A stretch of DNA of 64,000 bases from a virus. Lineage: Duplodnaviria > Caudoviricetes. Each line of letters begins with the position of its first letter. The stretch's first letter is position 1. Below are positions 39,301-48,666 of the stretch, one piece after another. Under the pieces are notes generated by a model. That model was not told where the DNA came from and did not search any database. It saw nothing but the letters and a program-made list of their open reading frames with translations. The translations under genes and the position numbers were made by a program. The stretch lies in IMG/VR virus record IMGVR_UViG_3300029305_005387, one strand, 5' to 3'.

Positions 39301-39341
39301 AATCTTTCGTGTAACAAAGATCGCAAAAATTTCTCTGCCAA
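36330..39341 (-). CDS. Large protein: N-terminal kinase-like domain, Zn ribbon, long acidic regions
   Basis: LGPGTNR, YVIKVA, NLKE, GDVG...NWG, LDFAY; CHSC/CSSC; TTG start with GGAGGAG RBS; early motif 39369-39377. Confidence 0.75.
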   Translation of the reverse strand: MAEKFLRSLLHERLPFELRVKFELLSRRRDISNKEKQSEIINLLREFHISDVVLLGPGTNRYAFRLDGYVIKVATDHDGKIDNLKEFKMAKRLYPHVTKIYEVSTSGTLLVAEYIQPFNSYTEMYKYADEIREILQSLSSVYLIGDVGITPNNYANWGQRVGSEEPVCLDFAYVYDVGSDLLLCHSCKNNSMLVPNKDFTELYCSSCGKKYKFEDIRGRIGNDMHRHEIGDLSDEGYEMTESNVLRTLDPNKSNYLVTKKKVVEKPKEEVINIGPDTFTMNGINENLYINNKEDNNMAKDVRATIAQRMVQERMNNQRAINVKVWMADQQEPAVKESDDGLAFAGTMGDDVIQATVVEATVVEAEVVQVPQEEEHVIYDGKSEEHIPAENHFDMSIEDLAEDSGDEDEFVENPVTTETVAPSVQVEENEEEPVEVEEEFIEATVVTAELEAEEPVEEEIVFPDNFIDKFHYATSKLSNKMSEYLHQTEMFDDVKSYCKDKKLLPEKFYRACQNAIFRSLVAFVDCDTVEVPNNNPKKPGTHTEWILKKDDIYTADYFPTLVFIERFWNNRNLNQTDDCKSIMEKYDQMFPDYRGIQREWLPTFVDRLCLKFSISKSGAEIVARGLETWCLPEEEYISTELRESLQEESLQEEIQQNPVENADEASIHAMLAEAGKVNNNATIIDESVMKQAIEDDQMAFSAEMITNAVNEFDEEVESEEDDEDTMPAQSLTVEIYPDDDGMDIVKIISSESSGDINIPLYVNIAEIDPSKKLPSLADDRNGKWDWLIHFTPDIMFRTKNPEYWLNAANDDEIEEEQIHMVILDMNEETGEAIIGVYYLMGIFVIDNDGDYELVDDEETLNRINTVICDEIGNGAISHLRRTLSMPDLVHDEDYVKDFVQVMESDDEDGEEEMGEEFVTSSDEQMNAAEQAAIEALLGTPGRPAVVVPNVSNDSNKVETAESVQVEEDNQNMNISPAAQRMIDEAEADGHRTFAPIRRKGNREN

Positions 39342-39382
39342 ACCTATTCTCCTCCTTTCTCTATATTAATAATATATAAGGT

Positions 39383-39919
39383 TTAGTCGCCAAAATGCTC
39401 TGGAAATGATTCATATAAAATCATCAATTCATCTAACATAAATTCTTCAATCAGTTTATTTCTAGTATTATAAACAATATGTTTCATGATTATTTCAAAG
39501 AAAATATCTTTCAATGCTTTCTGATATTTATTTTTCAAATATGGAAAAGCTTCGTTAGCATATCCATAGTTAATCCTTGTCAATAAGAAATTCTTTGCTT
39601 CATCATTAATCATCATACTCTCTGTACTAGTTAATGGAGCAACTAAATATTTTGCTTCTTTACCTCTCTTATGATTTGGATTTTTCACTGTTAGATTATA
39701 TAGACTAATTTCATCATTAGTGTTCTCATCCAATATAGGAAGAATATTACGCATAACATCAGTCATTGATTTTAATTTGAAATTTCTACATTTATGGAAT
39801 TCCATATATGCTTTTACATATTCCTTATTGTCACTCCATGCTTGTACTTGTTGACGATCTCCTAAATCATGTATAACGAAATATATCGTTACTTGATCAT
39901 CTCTATCATATCTTTCCAT
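39383..39919 (-). CDS. Hypothetical protein, paralog of 39934-40632
   Basis: QAWSDNKEYVKAYMEFH versus YGWTSNKNILKAFFSQR. Confidence 0.7.
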   Translation of the reverse strand: MERYDRDDQVTIYFVIHDLGDRQQVQAWSDNKEYVKAYMEFHKCRNFKLKSMTDVMRNILPILDENTNDEISLYNLTVKNPNHKRGKEAKYLVAPLTSTESMMINDEAKNFLLTRINYGYANEAFPYLKNKYQKALKDIFFEIIMKHIVYNTRNKLIEEFMLDELMILYESFPEHFGD

Positions 39920-39933
39920 GTCTTTCCTCCATG

Positions 39934-40632
39934 TTATAAATCTTCTCTCAAAATCATTATGAAACTTTCTAATGAATATAATATTTTCTTAGCAGGTAAT
40001 GTAAATGTTGATAAACCTGGAATTTCATCTTTTCGATGATATTCTTCTTCAGGATAATCATACATCGAGTATGCACCCTCTATTTCCATATTTATCATAT
40101 CTTCACTAGAAGTACACTCATGATATCCACATACATCATACAATGCTTCTATCTCTGGTGGTTCAAATCCTAGATATAATAAGGCATCTGCATAATATTC
40201 ATCTAAATTATTAAACATATTCAGATGTTTAATTCCGCACTTACCTCGATCCACAATAGATGATAAATTTCTAAAATATGCTTGAATTTTCTTTTCAGTT
40301 TCCATCATCTCATGTTTAGTTATAAAGAATTCAATTTCCTCACCAGTAGAAGCTATTTTTAATGTTAAGAAATCAATCATTATATCCATACTTAGGTCAG
40401 TATCAGAATAGTAATAAGCTAAGTCTTCAGTACTTACTTTCTTCACTCTATATTTGTCTTTATTTCTTTGACTGAAGAAAGCTTTTAAAATATTTTTATT
40501 ACTAGTCCAACCATAAAGAACGATTCTTTCTTCAGGAGATGAAATATCAGGTCGTTCATTTTCCATATAAGTACGGAATACTAAATATTTTGTATCACTC
40601 ACGTTTACCCTCACTTTCCTGATATTTATCAC
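39934..40632 (-). CDS. Hypothetical protein (start uncertain)
   Basis: Tandem paralog of the downstream gene. Confidence 0.7.
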   Translation of the reverse strand: MINIRKVRVNVSDTKYLVFRTYMENERPDISSPEERIVLYGWTSNKNILKAFFSQRNKDKYRVKKVSTEDLAYYYSDTDLSMDIMIDFLTLKIASTGEEIEFFITKHEMMETEKKIQAYFRNLSSIVDRGKCGIKHLNMFNNLDEYYADALLYLGFEPPEIEALYDVCGYHECTSSEDMINMEIEGAYSMYDYPEEEYHRKDEIPGLSTFTLPAKKILYSLESFIMILREDL

Positions 40633-40804
40633 CGAATATTTCTTTCATGAAATCTTCATAATTATAAATGGAATCATACTGATCAAAATCTTTACATTCA
40701 TAACAAGGTGAGTGATTTGATACACATAAAACATTTATGCAAGTTTCACATTTATTTCGTTTCTCTCCGGTAATAAAACCAATTATTGTTTTTATAATTC
40801 CCAT
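40595..40804 (-). CDS. Small Cys-rich protein
   Basis: CETC..C..CYEC; GAGG RBS. Confidence 0.6.
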   Translation of the reverse strand: MGIIKTIIGFITGEKRNKCETCINVLCVSNHSPCYECKDFDQYDSIYNYEDFMKEIFGDKYQESEGKRE

Positions 40805-40806
40805 TA

Positions 40807-41520
40807 TTATACCTCTCTTCCTACGATATGAATTAAAGGTATAATGATGTTCTGAAAATTGAATAATGGATTGATTTTATTACTTGTATTATTGAATTCT
40901 AAATAATATCCTTCATCCAATTCTCCAGCTTTATATGCATCTATAAATTGGATCAAATATCTCTTGACTCTAGAATTCTTTGTTTCCATCATAGATATTA
41001 TATTCTTCAAAAATTCCATCATATATAATCTATGACGATTAACCGCACTATCACTCATACCTTTAACATCAATTCCCATATAAGAATAATATATTTCTAT
41101 ATTTTGAATATTTGGAAATCTAATATAAGAAGTATAATTGTTTTTAGGACTAAATTGTACTTGTCCAAATTTCAATCGCTTACAACTTCCTATTGTATAT
41201 ATTGCATCCTTCTTGACACTTAGAATGTTATTATCATTCAAATTATTAAACTCTATAAAGAATCCACGAACTTCTGCAAACTTTTCTCCTAGACGATTTG
41301 AGAATTCTTTATCTTTGCCTTGCAACTTACCAACTGCTATATGTCGTTCAAGTCCTTTATCAAGTCGCTCTAACTCCCGAATTTGTTCGGGAGAGAGCAA
41401 CTTAAATTGTTTTATCAAACTAAATCCAGCATCTTTCATATCATATTCAATAATTTCATCATTAAACAAATACTCTATATTTGGATTTAGATAAGTGCTT
41501 CGTTTCGGATCATATGACAT
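40807..41520 (-). CDS. Small family-B DNA-polymerase-palm-like protein
   Basis: IIEYDMKDAGFS (motif A-like) and ILSVKKDAIY (motif C-like). Confidence 0.55.
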   Translation of the reverse strand: MSYDPKRSTYLNPNIEYLFNDEIIEYDMKDAGFSLIKQFKLLSPEQIRELERLDKGLERHIAVGKLQGKDKEFSNRLGEKFAEVRGFFIEFNNLNDNNILSVKKDAIYTIGSCKRLKFGQVQFSPKNNYTSYIRFPNIQNIEIYYSYMGIDVKGMSDSAVNRHRLYMMEFLKNIISMMETKNSRVKRYLIQFIDAYKAGELDEGYYLEFNNTSNKINPLFNFQNIIIPLIHIVGREV

Positions 41521-41521
41521 A

Positions 41522-43279
41522 TTAATCCTCCTTTATATATTTACCACCTCTAATCATCTTCCAAGATCCTTCAGTCGATGTAATATATCTGTTAAGATAA
41601 TTACAAATTTCAATTAATACATTTGGATCCTTAATTCTGACTAATGTTTCAATTCTCTTATTGAGTTTATTTGATACAAGATCTAGAGATCCAATATAAA
41701 TAGTAGGATTCATTCTTCCAAATGCATATAATCTTGAATGTTCTAATTTATCCCATACAACTGATTTGATTTTCACATTATCATTGATTTCTTCTGGTAT
41801 CCATGTACATACTCCGCGAATAATCAAATCAATGTTACATCCTGCAATTGCAGCTCTGTTCAGATAACTAATTATTTCTTCATCATCTAAAGCATTGCAT
41901 TTGATACAGATATATCCGTCTTCTTCCTTATCAGTTTCTTCTTTTATTAGTTGAATTAATCTATCCCTTGCATTATATCTGGTCACCAGAAGATCATTAC
42001 TAAATTCTTCATATTCTTCTGCATTCTTCGATAAAAGGTTGAATAATTTTTCAACCTGTCTACATATATCAGGATCAGCAGTCATCAACGAAAGATCTGT
42101 ATACTGAGAAGTGGTTTTAGTGTGATAATTTCCTGTACCGATTTGTACTATCGAATTACCATTATTAAATTTTACTAAAGTTAATTTGGCATGTACTTTT
42201 AATCTACCAGCTTCAAATGTGTATACTTTCACGCCGAGATTTTTTAACTCATTCATCCATAATTTATTAATTTTTTCACCAGTTGCAAATAATTCAATAT
42301 TAACATAAACTTTGATACCTTTTTCAATTGCCTCCTTAAGAACATAGAAAATCGAAGGATCTTTTCCAATTCTATAAAGAGTGAGATAAATCTTTTTTGT
42401 TTCCTTATTATCAACAGCTGATTTCAAGAAACTTAAATAATCATCAAATGAGTCATTAGGGAATTGAATTAACTTATCTTCATTGATTATATCCAGCATA
42501 TTAATGTTCTGAATCTTTTGTGTTTCTTTCTCTTTATTTTGAATATATCTTCCAATCATTTGAGAAATATCGCCAGTATAAATAAATGGATTAGAAATCA
42601 TTAAACAACTGCGACCAAATATAGCAGCTACACGTTTCATAGTTTCCGTAGGTCCATTATATTCAACTTTCGTTACAATGGTTGGATTTTTCAAAGCAGT
42701 AGTGACTTTTACAGCTACGACATCTTCTAAATCTAAATCACTCTTAATAAAATCTCGAATACAGTCATCGGTTTTATAAACGATTAATTGCTCTCCATTT
42801 TGGTATGTGATGGGATTATTGTAAACTTCTCGTTTAGGATCGACATGAGATACTGAAATACAATTATCTTTTATACCAATATAATATAATTGACCACTTT
42901 CAAATGGATAATTAAACATTCTGATATCTGGATAATATTGAGTAATTACTTGATTTTCAAGAGTTGTATTAATTGCAAATCTTCTTTCAAAACTATCCTG
43001 ACGAGTAAAAAATAGTTCTCTCTTTACTGAAATTGCATGTTGAATAATCATACTTACATTAGAAATATATTTATTCAAACATTTTACATAGTCATCCAGG
43101 ATTTCTGTAGTTCTATGCTTTTCAAATATTTCATTAGTATTAGACATGAATACCTCATTGAAGAATAATATTTCTTTCAGACTTTTCATATCATAAACAA
43201 TACCGTTCCTAGGTGTACCTTGATATAGAACTCGTTTATCGAATTCCATAAGGCTTTTAATAAATGAAATGTGATACAT
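41522..43279 (-). CDS. ppk1: Divergent polyphosphate kinase 1
   Basis: EFDKRVL, TLYR, LKVHAKL, IGTGNY, YTDLSLMT, IIRGVC, LEHSR, IGSLD...RIETL; early motif 43305-43313. Confidence 0.88.
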   Translation of the reverse strand: MYHISFIKSLMEFDKRVLYQGTPRNGIVYDMKSLKEILFFNEVFMSNTNEIFEKHRTTEILDDYVKCLNKYISNVSMIIQHAISVKRELFFTRQDSFERRFAINTTLENQVITQYYPDIRMFNYPFESGQLYYIGIKDNCISVSHVDPKREVYNNPITYQNGEQLIVYKTDDCIRDFIKSDLDLEDVVAVKVTTALKNPTIVTKVEYNGPTETMKRVAAIFGRSCLMISNPFIYTGDISQMIGRYIQNKEKETQKIQNINMLDIINEDKLIQFPNDSFDDYLSFLKSAVDNKETKKIYLTLYRIGKDPSIFYVLKEAIEKGIKVYVNIELFATGEKINKLWMNELKNLGVKVYTFEAGRLKVHAKLTLVKFNNGNSIVQIGTGNYHTKTTSQYTDLSLMTADPDICRQVEKLFNLLSKNAEEYEEFSNDLLVTRYNARDRLIQLIKEETDKEEDGYICIKCNALDDEEIISYLNRAAIAGCNIDLIIRGVCTWIPEEINDNVKIKSVVWDKLEHSRLYAFGRMNPTIYIGSLDLVSNKLNKRIETLVRIKDPNVLIEICNYLNRYITSTEGSWKMIRGGKYIKED

Positions 43280-43327
43280 AATTATTACCTCCTTTTATAA
43301 ATTAATAATATATAAATAAAAAGAAAA

Positions 43328-43358
43328 TGATACAGGAGTCCAATGGACTCCTGTATCA
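43328..43358. terminator. 15-bp inverted repeat with 1-nt spacer
   Basis: TGATACAGGAGTCCA-A-TGGACTCCTGTATCA. Confidence 0.7.
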
Positions 43359-43364
43359 ACAATA

Positions 43365-43844
43365 TTATTTATTTGCTTCTTTATTCATTGATTCAAGTTT
43401 GATATTTTTTTCGATTGTACCTAGTTTAGATTTATATACTTCAAGTACACTATTATGAGCATTTACAATACCGATACACTCATTCAATGCTTTACCATAA
43501 TGATCAAATTGTTTTGTCAATTCTTCCTTTAGTAAAGAATCATACATCAGGATTGCATTGTGAGCTGATTGTGTCATTGCAATAACCATCATTTCTGACA
43601 ATTCTTTTGCACAATCTTCTCCAAATTTATCTGCAATATGATTAAAGCCTTTAACAAATGAAGGAAGCTTCATAATTTCTATACTTGTTTCTACAATTGC
43701 ATTGTATAATACGTAAGCAGGTTCCTGTTGTTCTTCTTCTGCTGTAGATCTTCCCTCTTTAACATCATCGGTTTGCTCTGAACTCTGTTTCATTTTATCT
43801 TTAAAAGATTCTAGATCTTTTATACTATCTTCTAGATTTGGCAT
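43365..43844 (-). CDS. Hypothetical helical protein (159 aa)
   Basis: Overlaps the end of the RNAP gene. Confidence 0.7.
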   Translation of the reverse strand: MPNLEDSIKDLESFKDKMKQSSEQTDDVKEGRSTAEEEQQEPAYVLYNAIVETSIEIMKLPSFVKGFNHIADKFGEDCAKELSEMMVIAMTQSAHNAILMYDSLLKEELTKQFDHYGKALNECIGIVNAHNSVLEVYKSKLGTIEKNIKLESMNKEANK

Positions 43845-45978
43845 TTTTCAGTTTTCTCCTTTCTTGTACTTTCTTAGCTAATTCTTTAAGATGTGTAGTA
43901 TCAATCTTTTCTGCATACATGTGATCAAGATAAGAAGATCCATCTTTTTCCTCATATAAAGCGTCACTCAAGATCTGTCGTTTAAGTTCTTGATACGAGA
44001 AACCAATAGTAGGAGCCTTAGTATTCAGTAATGCTTGATTTAATGTAAGAATCTTGTACTCTGGTTTCTCAAATTTCAAGAAATCTGGTCTATGATAAAT
44101 ATCATTTGCATCACGGATAAGTCGGTTAAGAATTACTTCAGCTTGTACACAACGACAACGAATACCTGCACTGATCAATGTTTCAAAGAAATCCTGTGCA
44201 AGTTTACTGTAATCATCATATTTAGATGCATCCTTATTAAGAAGATTCATAATCATATAAAGATTATCTGTAAGACCATTATTCTTGATATCTATATTCA
44301 TCAAACGACCTTCAAGTTCACTTGATAATACATCAAATGGAATTTCATAATATTTCTTTCCACCCTCAGATTTCTTCTCTGCAACGATTTTAAATAACTT
44401 AATAGAAGCAGCATCAATAAACATAGATTCATAGTTAATAATCTCAATTGCTTCATAAGTTTTCGTTCTGGAATCATAGACATAGAAAGGACTTTCAATA
44501 TGATTACCAAATGTATTGTATTCTTGCATGTCATTATCATTAATAGCAAGAACGTTTCCTTCCTCAATACGAATACTAAGATGACCAGTGTTCAACTGCT
44601 GAGTATCATCAAATTCATCTTTGTCTTTAAGATAAATATCTCCAGAGGAATATTTAAAATACTTATGGAATGATTCAGAAAATCCAATCTTATTTGCTGC
44701 AGTGAATAATAAGTGTTTGGTAGAAAGAATATTTTGTGATACTGGTTCTGAATATACTTCAGTATTGAAAATTGCCATACCTGGCATATTCATTACAAGA
44801 TGACTATCTTTACCATAACATACGTGGCATACTTCATCCCCACATGCACACGTTAACAAAGATCTGATATGAATTTGTTTACCTATCAAATGTTTACAAT
44901 CTTCATAGTGAATGAGTTTCAATGGTTCACCGAGGTGTTCACAATACCATCTATTTTCAAGTCTATGTAAGAATGAGCTATCTGTTACAGTTAATGGTAG
45001 TAAATGTTTAGTACCACAATCAAATACAGTTTTAGACAGTGTTAGAGTTCTACTTGATAAAATTAAGTTACGAGAAAGATAACCAGCTTCACCCATATGA
45101 GCTTTATTCATAATTGCAGATAGACGAGCACCTGTAGCTGCAACATAATAGGTAGTCGCATCAATATAGCCTGTGGAGAATCCATTACCCTGCATTGTAT
45201 ATGGAATAACATTACCAGATACATCAGGAATCTGTCCATAAGACAAGAATAATTCTTGAACTTGTTTAGGTTTAATATGATTACCTGCTTTGGAAATATA
45301 CCAAATAGGATTTTTCGTTTCACCCAATGCAGAAATCAATTCATTCGTTTTCTGACGTAATAAATCTTCTACTTCTGCTGTTTGCAATGATTGAGGAATT
45401 TCCAGATTATTTAATTCTCTAATCTTTTCAGAATTCTTATAGTCATTTAAGAATACTGATTCAAATGTCATTATACTTGCACTTGATGTTAGAGAAAATT
45501 CAATTGATGCTTCTTGATATCTTTCAATCATTACTTTTAACAACTCTGAACATCTCTCAAACGGAATGCCGTATTCATTTAGTACGGCTAATACTTTAGA
45601 TTCCAAACCAACACGAAGTTTATCACTCATCATAATACCAATGATGAATGATTCATCCAAGACTTCAATTTGTTTTCGATAATATTTCTGAACTTCATTC
45701 AATTCAATAAGTGGACGCCAAGCATTCAAATTAAGCATGAACTTAGGCATTGATAACTCAAAGATTTGATCATCCTCTTGATAAAATTTAAATTTGATTT
45801 TGTGACTAACACATTCAGGAATTTCAATACATGCACAAATAGCATAGTATACTTTGTAATACAAGTCATCGAATTCTTCATATGTTCTGAGTTTTGATAT
45901 TACTATCAAATCAGGAAACTCTCGTTCACAATCTGCTACTGTCCTGATAACTGGTAATTGATACATTACTGATTCCAT
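43825..45978 (-). CDS. Split phage RNA polymerase beta' subunit, C-terminal part (likely non-virion RNAP)
   Basis: Bridge helix ATGARLSAIMNKAHMGEAGYLSRNL, DCGT, RSLLTC..VCHVCYG Zn site, trigger-loop SEPVSQNILSTKH. Confidence 0.9.
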   Translation of the reverse strand: MESVMYQLPVIRTVADCEREFPDLIVISKLRTYEEFDDLYYKVYYAICACIEIPECVSHKIKFKFYQEDDQIFELSMPKFMLNLNAWRPLIELNEVQKYYRKQIEVLDESFIIGIMMSDKLRVGLESKVLAVLNEYGIPFERCSELLKVMIERYQEASIEFSLTSSASIMTFESVFLNDYKNSEKIRELNNLEIPQSLQTAEVEDLLRQKTNELISALGETKNPIWYISKAGNHIKPKQVQELFLSYGQIPDVSGNVIPYTMQGNGFSTGYIDATTYYVAATGARLSAIMNKAHMGEAGYLSRNLILSSRTLTLSKTVFDCGTKHLLPLTVTDSSFLHRLENRWYCEHLGEPLKLIHYEDCKHLIGKQIHIRSLLTCACGDEVCHVCYGKDSHLVMNMPGMAIFNTEVYSEPVSQNILSTKHLLFTAANKIGFSESFHKYFKYSSGDIYLKDKDEFDDTQQLNTGHLSIRIEEGNVLAINDNDMQEYNTFGNHIESPFYVYDSRTKTYEAIEIINYESMFIDAASIKLFKIVAEKKSEGGKKYYEIPFDVLSSELEGRLMNIDIKNNGLTDNLYMIMNLLNKDASKYDDYSKLAQDFFETLISAGIRCRCVQAEVILNRLIRDANDIYHRPDFLKFEKPEYKILTLNQALLNTKAPTIGFSYQELKRQILSDALYEEKDGSSYLDHMYAEKIDTTHLKELAKKVQERRKLKNAKSRR

Positions 45979-46067
45979 ATACCATCAACCTCCTATGTTA
46001 AATATTTCATATAAAGTATATAAATTTCGTTATACACCTAGTAAAAATATATCATTAAAATAAAACA

Positions 46068-46100
46068 ATAAAGGAGTGGGTATAATACCCACTCCTTTAT
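46068..46100. terminator. 16-bp inverted repeat with 1-nt spacer
   Basis: ATAAAGGAGTGGGTAT-A-ATACCCACTCCTTTAT. Confidence 0.7.
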
Positions 46101-46101
46101 C

Positions 46102-46581
46102 TTATTTGCTATTCGGATTATTAATAGGCTTGAAAGATTGATTGGATTTCTGTTCAGTTTTGTTTTCTACCTGTGTTTCTTTTGTTTCTTCTTTTTTTGT
46201 AGAGTTGTCACTTTTGACTTCCTCCTTTGTTTCAACAGTTTCTACCTGTTTATTTTTATTCTGCTGAACAGGAGGTACCGGATTACTTACAGGAACATTA
46301 CGTACTTCTGGAGTTACCGGAGAAGATTTTACTGGCTGAGTAACAGTTGGTTTACTTGCAACTTTTTTCTGCACTCCATATGTATTCCACATCTTCTGAA
46401 GATTACCATTCGTCAATGGAATTAATTTTCCTGTAGCTGGATTTAACATATTTACTTTGAAAGTACCAGTAGCAAGAATTAACTTGATGAGATTTAGATC
46501 AGCATCAAATGGGGTTTTACGAGGTGCAATACCATGACCTCTTGGAATAAGTCCTTTACCTAAAACTTGAATTTTTAACAT
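46102..46581 (-). CDS. Hypothetical protein with low-complexity C-terminus
   Basis: AAAGGAG RBS. Confidence 0.75.
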   Translation of the reverse strand: MLKIQVLGKGLIPRGHGIAPRKTPFDADLNLIKLILATGTFKVNMLNPATGKLIPLTNGNLQKMWNTYGVQKKVASKPTVTQPVKSSPVTPEVRNVPVSNPVPPVQQNKNKQVETVETKEEVKSDNSTKKEETKETQVENKTEQKSNQSFKPINNPNSK

Positions 46582-46599
46582 TGTAATTATCTCCTTTCA

Positions 46600-47325
46600 T
46601 TATTCAAATAATTCTGCAGATGTTTTTGGCAAAATATAAGTAGGTGTAACAAGATCTGAATGTAGTCCCATTGATAATAAAAAGGTATTGACAGTATTAA
46701 GGGTGATTTTATTCGTAGGAAGATTCTCTAATTCATCCAACATAACATAACCTTTATCAGCAATACTTTTATTCATTTGACGTTTCATAACAGGGTCATC
46801 TGATCTTGGTCCATGAAGTTCTTGAAGAATTTTATCTGCTCCTAAAGCAACAAGCATTGATGCTTCGATATCACTATCTCTAGCATTCTTATCTTTATTA
46901 ACAACCTGACCTGTTAATGCAGATGTCTTTTCATTAGAAGTAGATAGTCCATTCTTCTTATGCAAAAGTTGTTGTGTACGTTTAACGTTAATATATCCAA
47001 CTAAACACTTCTCTTTAGAAACAACCACTCGTTTTTTGTCCATAGTTAAATGAGGCATGTATATATATTCCATGAGTGGGAATCCAATTACTTTAGCAGC
47101 TTTTTCACAATATTCCATTTTTAGATCATGTTCAAATTCTACTATATCTAATGAGAAATTTTCATTCTCATCTTTTAAAAAGTCTTTCATAAACTTTTCA
47201 AATTGTGTGTCATTCATATCACTAAACATAGCCCGATATTTATCACTATTAGTCCCAGATGGATCTAATGCATCAAATGTATCATAAATAAGTTTTTCAA
47301 TATAAGCACGATTAGTTACAGCCAT
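46600..47325 (-). CDS. Split phage RNA polymerase beta subunit, C-terminal part (likely virion RNAP)
   Basis: VGYINVKRTQQ, ALTGQV, DIEASMLVALGADKILQELHGPRSDD align with RpoB GYMYMLKL...[26 protein letters not shown]. Confidence 0.85.
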   Translation of the reverse strand: MAVTNRAYIEKLIYDTFDALDPSGTNSDKYRAMFSDMNDTQFEKFMKDFLKDENENFSLDIVEFEHDLKMEYCEKAAKVIGFPLMEYIYMPHLTMDKKRVVVSKEKCLVGYINVKRTQQLLHKKNGLSTSNEKTSALTGQVVNKDKNARDSDIEASMLVALGADKILQELHGPRSDDPVMKRQMNKSIADKGYVMLDELENLPTNKITLNTVNTFLLSMGLHSDLVTPTYILPKTSAELFE

Positions 47326-47351
47326 AAACTACTTCCTCCTTTCTTCATTTA

Positions 47352-47819
47352 CTATTGTGCAGTAACATTATAAATCATTTCATTCATTTCATCATATGTT
47401 ATACCAATTAAATACCTATTTGAATATGCAAGTTTATCACTCTTATATCCAACTGGGTATTGCTCTTTACCCTCAATATGAATCATTAATGATGGTTGAT
47501 GATTATAAATTGTTTTTCTAATATCAAGTGTACCAGCACTCATATAAGTTCCCAGCATAGCACATTGTTCTGTAATCTGAGATTTTAAATCATCTTCATT
47601 TATTTCATCATAAAAAGAATAAAGCTTGGTTTCAATATCTAAACCAATTTGAGGGATTGATGGATATGAACCAGGCTTTGAAAATAAAACAAATAAGAGT
47701 ACATCTTTAATTGTTTCGATCTCGCTTCTAATTCTAGGTTCATTAAATTTATTAAGTTCAAAAGTTGTATCATAACCAACAGAACCAATTGCATAGTTGG
47801 CACCCATTAAATATCCCAC
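47352..47819 (-). CDS. Baseplate wedge protein, T4 gp25-like
   Basis: TIKDVLLFVLFSKPGSYPSIPQIGLDI. Confidence 0.75.
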   Translation of the reverse strand: MGYLMGANYAIGSVGYDTTFELNKFNEPRIRSEIETIKDVLLFVLFSKPGSYPSIPQIGLDIETKLYSFYDEINEDDLKSQITEQCAMLGTYMSAGTLDIRKTIYNHQPSLMIHIEGKEQYPVGYKSDKLAYSNRYLIGITYDEMNEMIYNVTAQ

Positions 47820-47883
47820 CTTTCTTAATCTTTTATAAAAACTTATATCCTAGTTTCTCATGTTACTAAATCAAAAAATAAAA

Positions 47884-47919
47884 AAAATAAAGAGGTGGAA
47901 ATTTCCACCTCTTTATTTT
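47884..47919. terminator. Perfect 36-bp palindrome
   Basis: AAAATAAAGAGGTGGAAA|TTTCCACCTCTTTATTTT. Confidence 0.7.
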
Positions 47920-47936
47920 ACAGATATTTTATTAAA

Positions 47937-48647
47937 TTAGTCAGCAGAGAACATACTCATGTCATCAAGATCAACAGTATCAGGAATGTCATCATTGATT
48001 TCATTTACATCATCGATATCTACATTTACATCTACATCAACATTATCGTCATCCTTCTTCTTATTGTAAATATAGATACCAGCTGCAACTCCACCTACTA
48101 CCAGAACTGTTACGCCACCAATGATAAGAGTCTTCTTAAAGTTGTAATCCTTTCTTGCATCTTCGCCCATTGCGGCAAGAGTGATACAGTCCATAGCAGT
48201 GAGAGGAATGTCAAGAATAGTTGCATTGTCTCCAGCAAAGATATTCTTCAGTTCCTTGTTTTTTGCTTTAGTAATCATAGGAACTACCCCATTTACTCTA
48301 AGACCATTTGCAGGAATACCCATATCATCATCTGTAGCAACCTGAGCTGCTTCAAGTGCTTCAAGATACACATTTTCTACATTTCTGATAAAATCATCAA
48401 CGATTGTACAAATTTCACTAACCTGCTTCTTAGAAGGAAGAGGTTTGTTGAACTTGATCTTAGTTTCATTCTTCTTATTGGTGGTAAACTCTGCACCACA
48501 AAGAGTTTCAACTAAGACCATGTTCAGTTGATAACGCTTTGCGTCATAAGCCTGATTGTTTACGCCTGCAGGATTGGAAACCATTGTTTTGATTTCGTTA
48601 ACGATGTTACTAATAGTTGTGATTCTTTCTTTTACAGTATTTTTCAT
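47937..48647 (-). CDS. Single-pass membrane protein with acidic C-terminal tail
   Basis: TM LIIGGVTVLVVGGVAAGIYIY then KKK and D-rich tail; AAAGGAG RBS supports ATG 48647. Confidence 0.75.
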   Translation of the reverse strand: MKNTVKERITTISNIVNEIKTMVSNPAGVNNQAYDAKRYQLNMVLVETLCGAEFTTNKKNETKIKFNKPLPSKKQVSEICTIVDDFIRNVENVYLEALEAAQVATDDDMGIPANGLRVNGVVPMITKAKNKELKNIFAGDNATILDIPLTAMDCITLAAMGEDARKDYNFKKTLIIGGVTVLVVGGVAAGIYIYNKKKDDDNVDVDVNVDIDDVNEINDDIPDTVDLDDMSMFSAD

Positions 48648-48666
48648 AATAAATACATCTCCTTTT

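Noticed and set aside
47895-48515. 206-aa plus-strand ORF and similar antisense ORFs (e.g. 7813-8271, 32430-32933)
   Set aside because: Shadows of real opposite-strand genes; no RBS and atypical composition.
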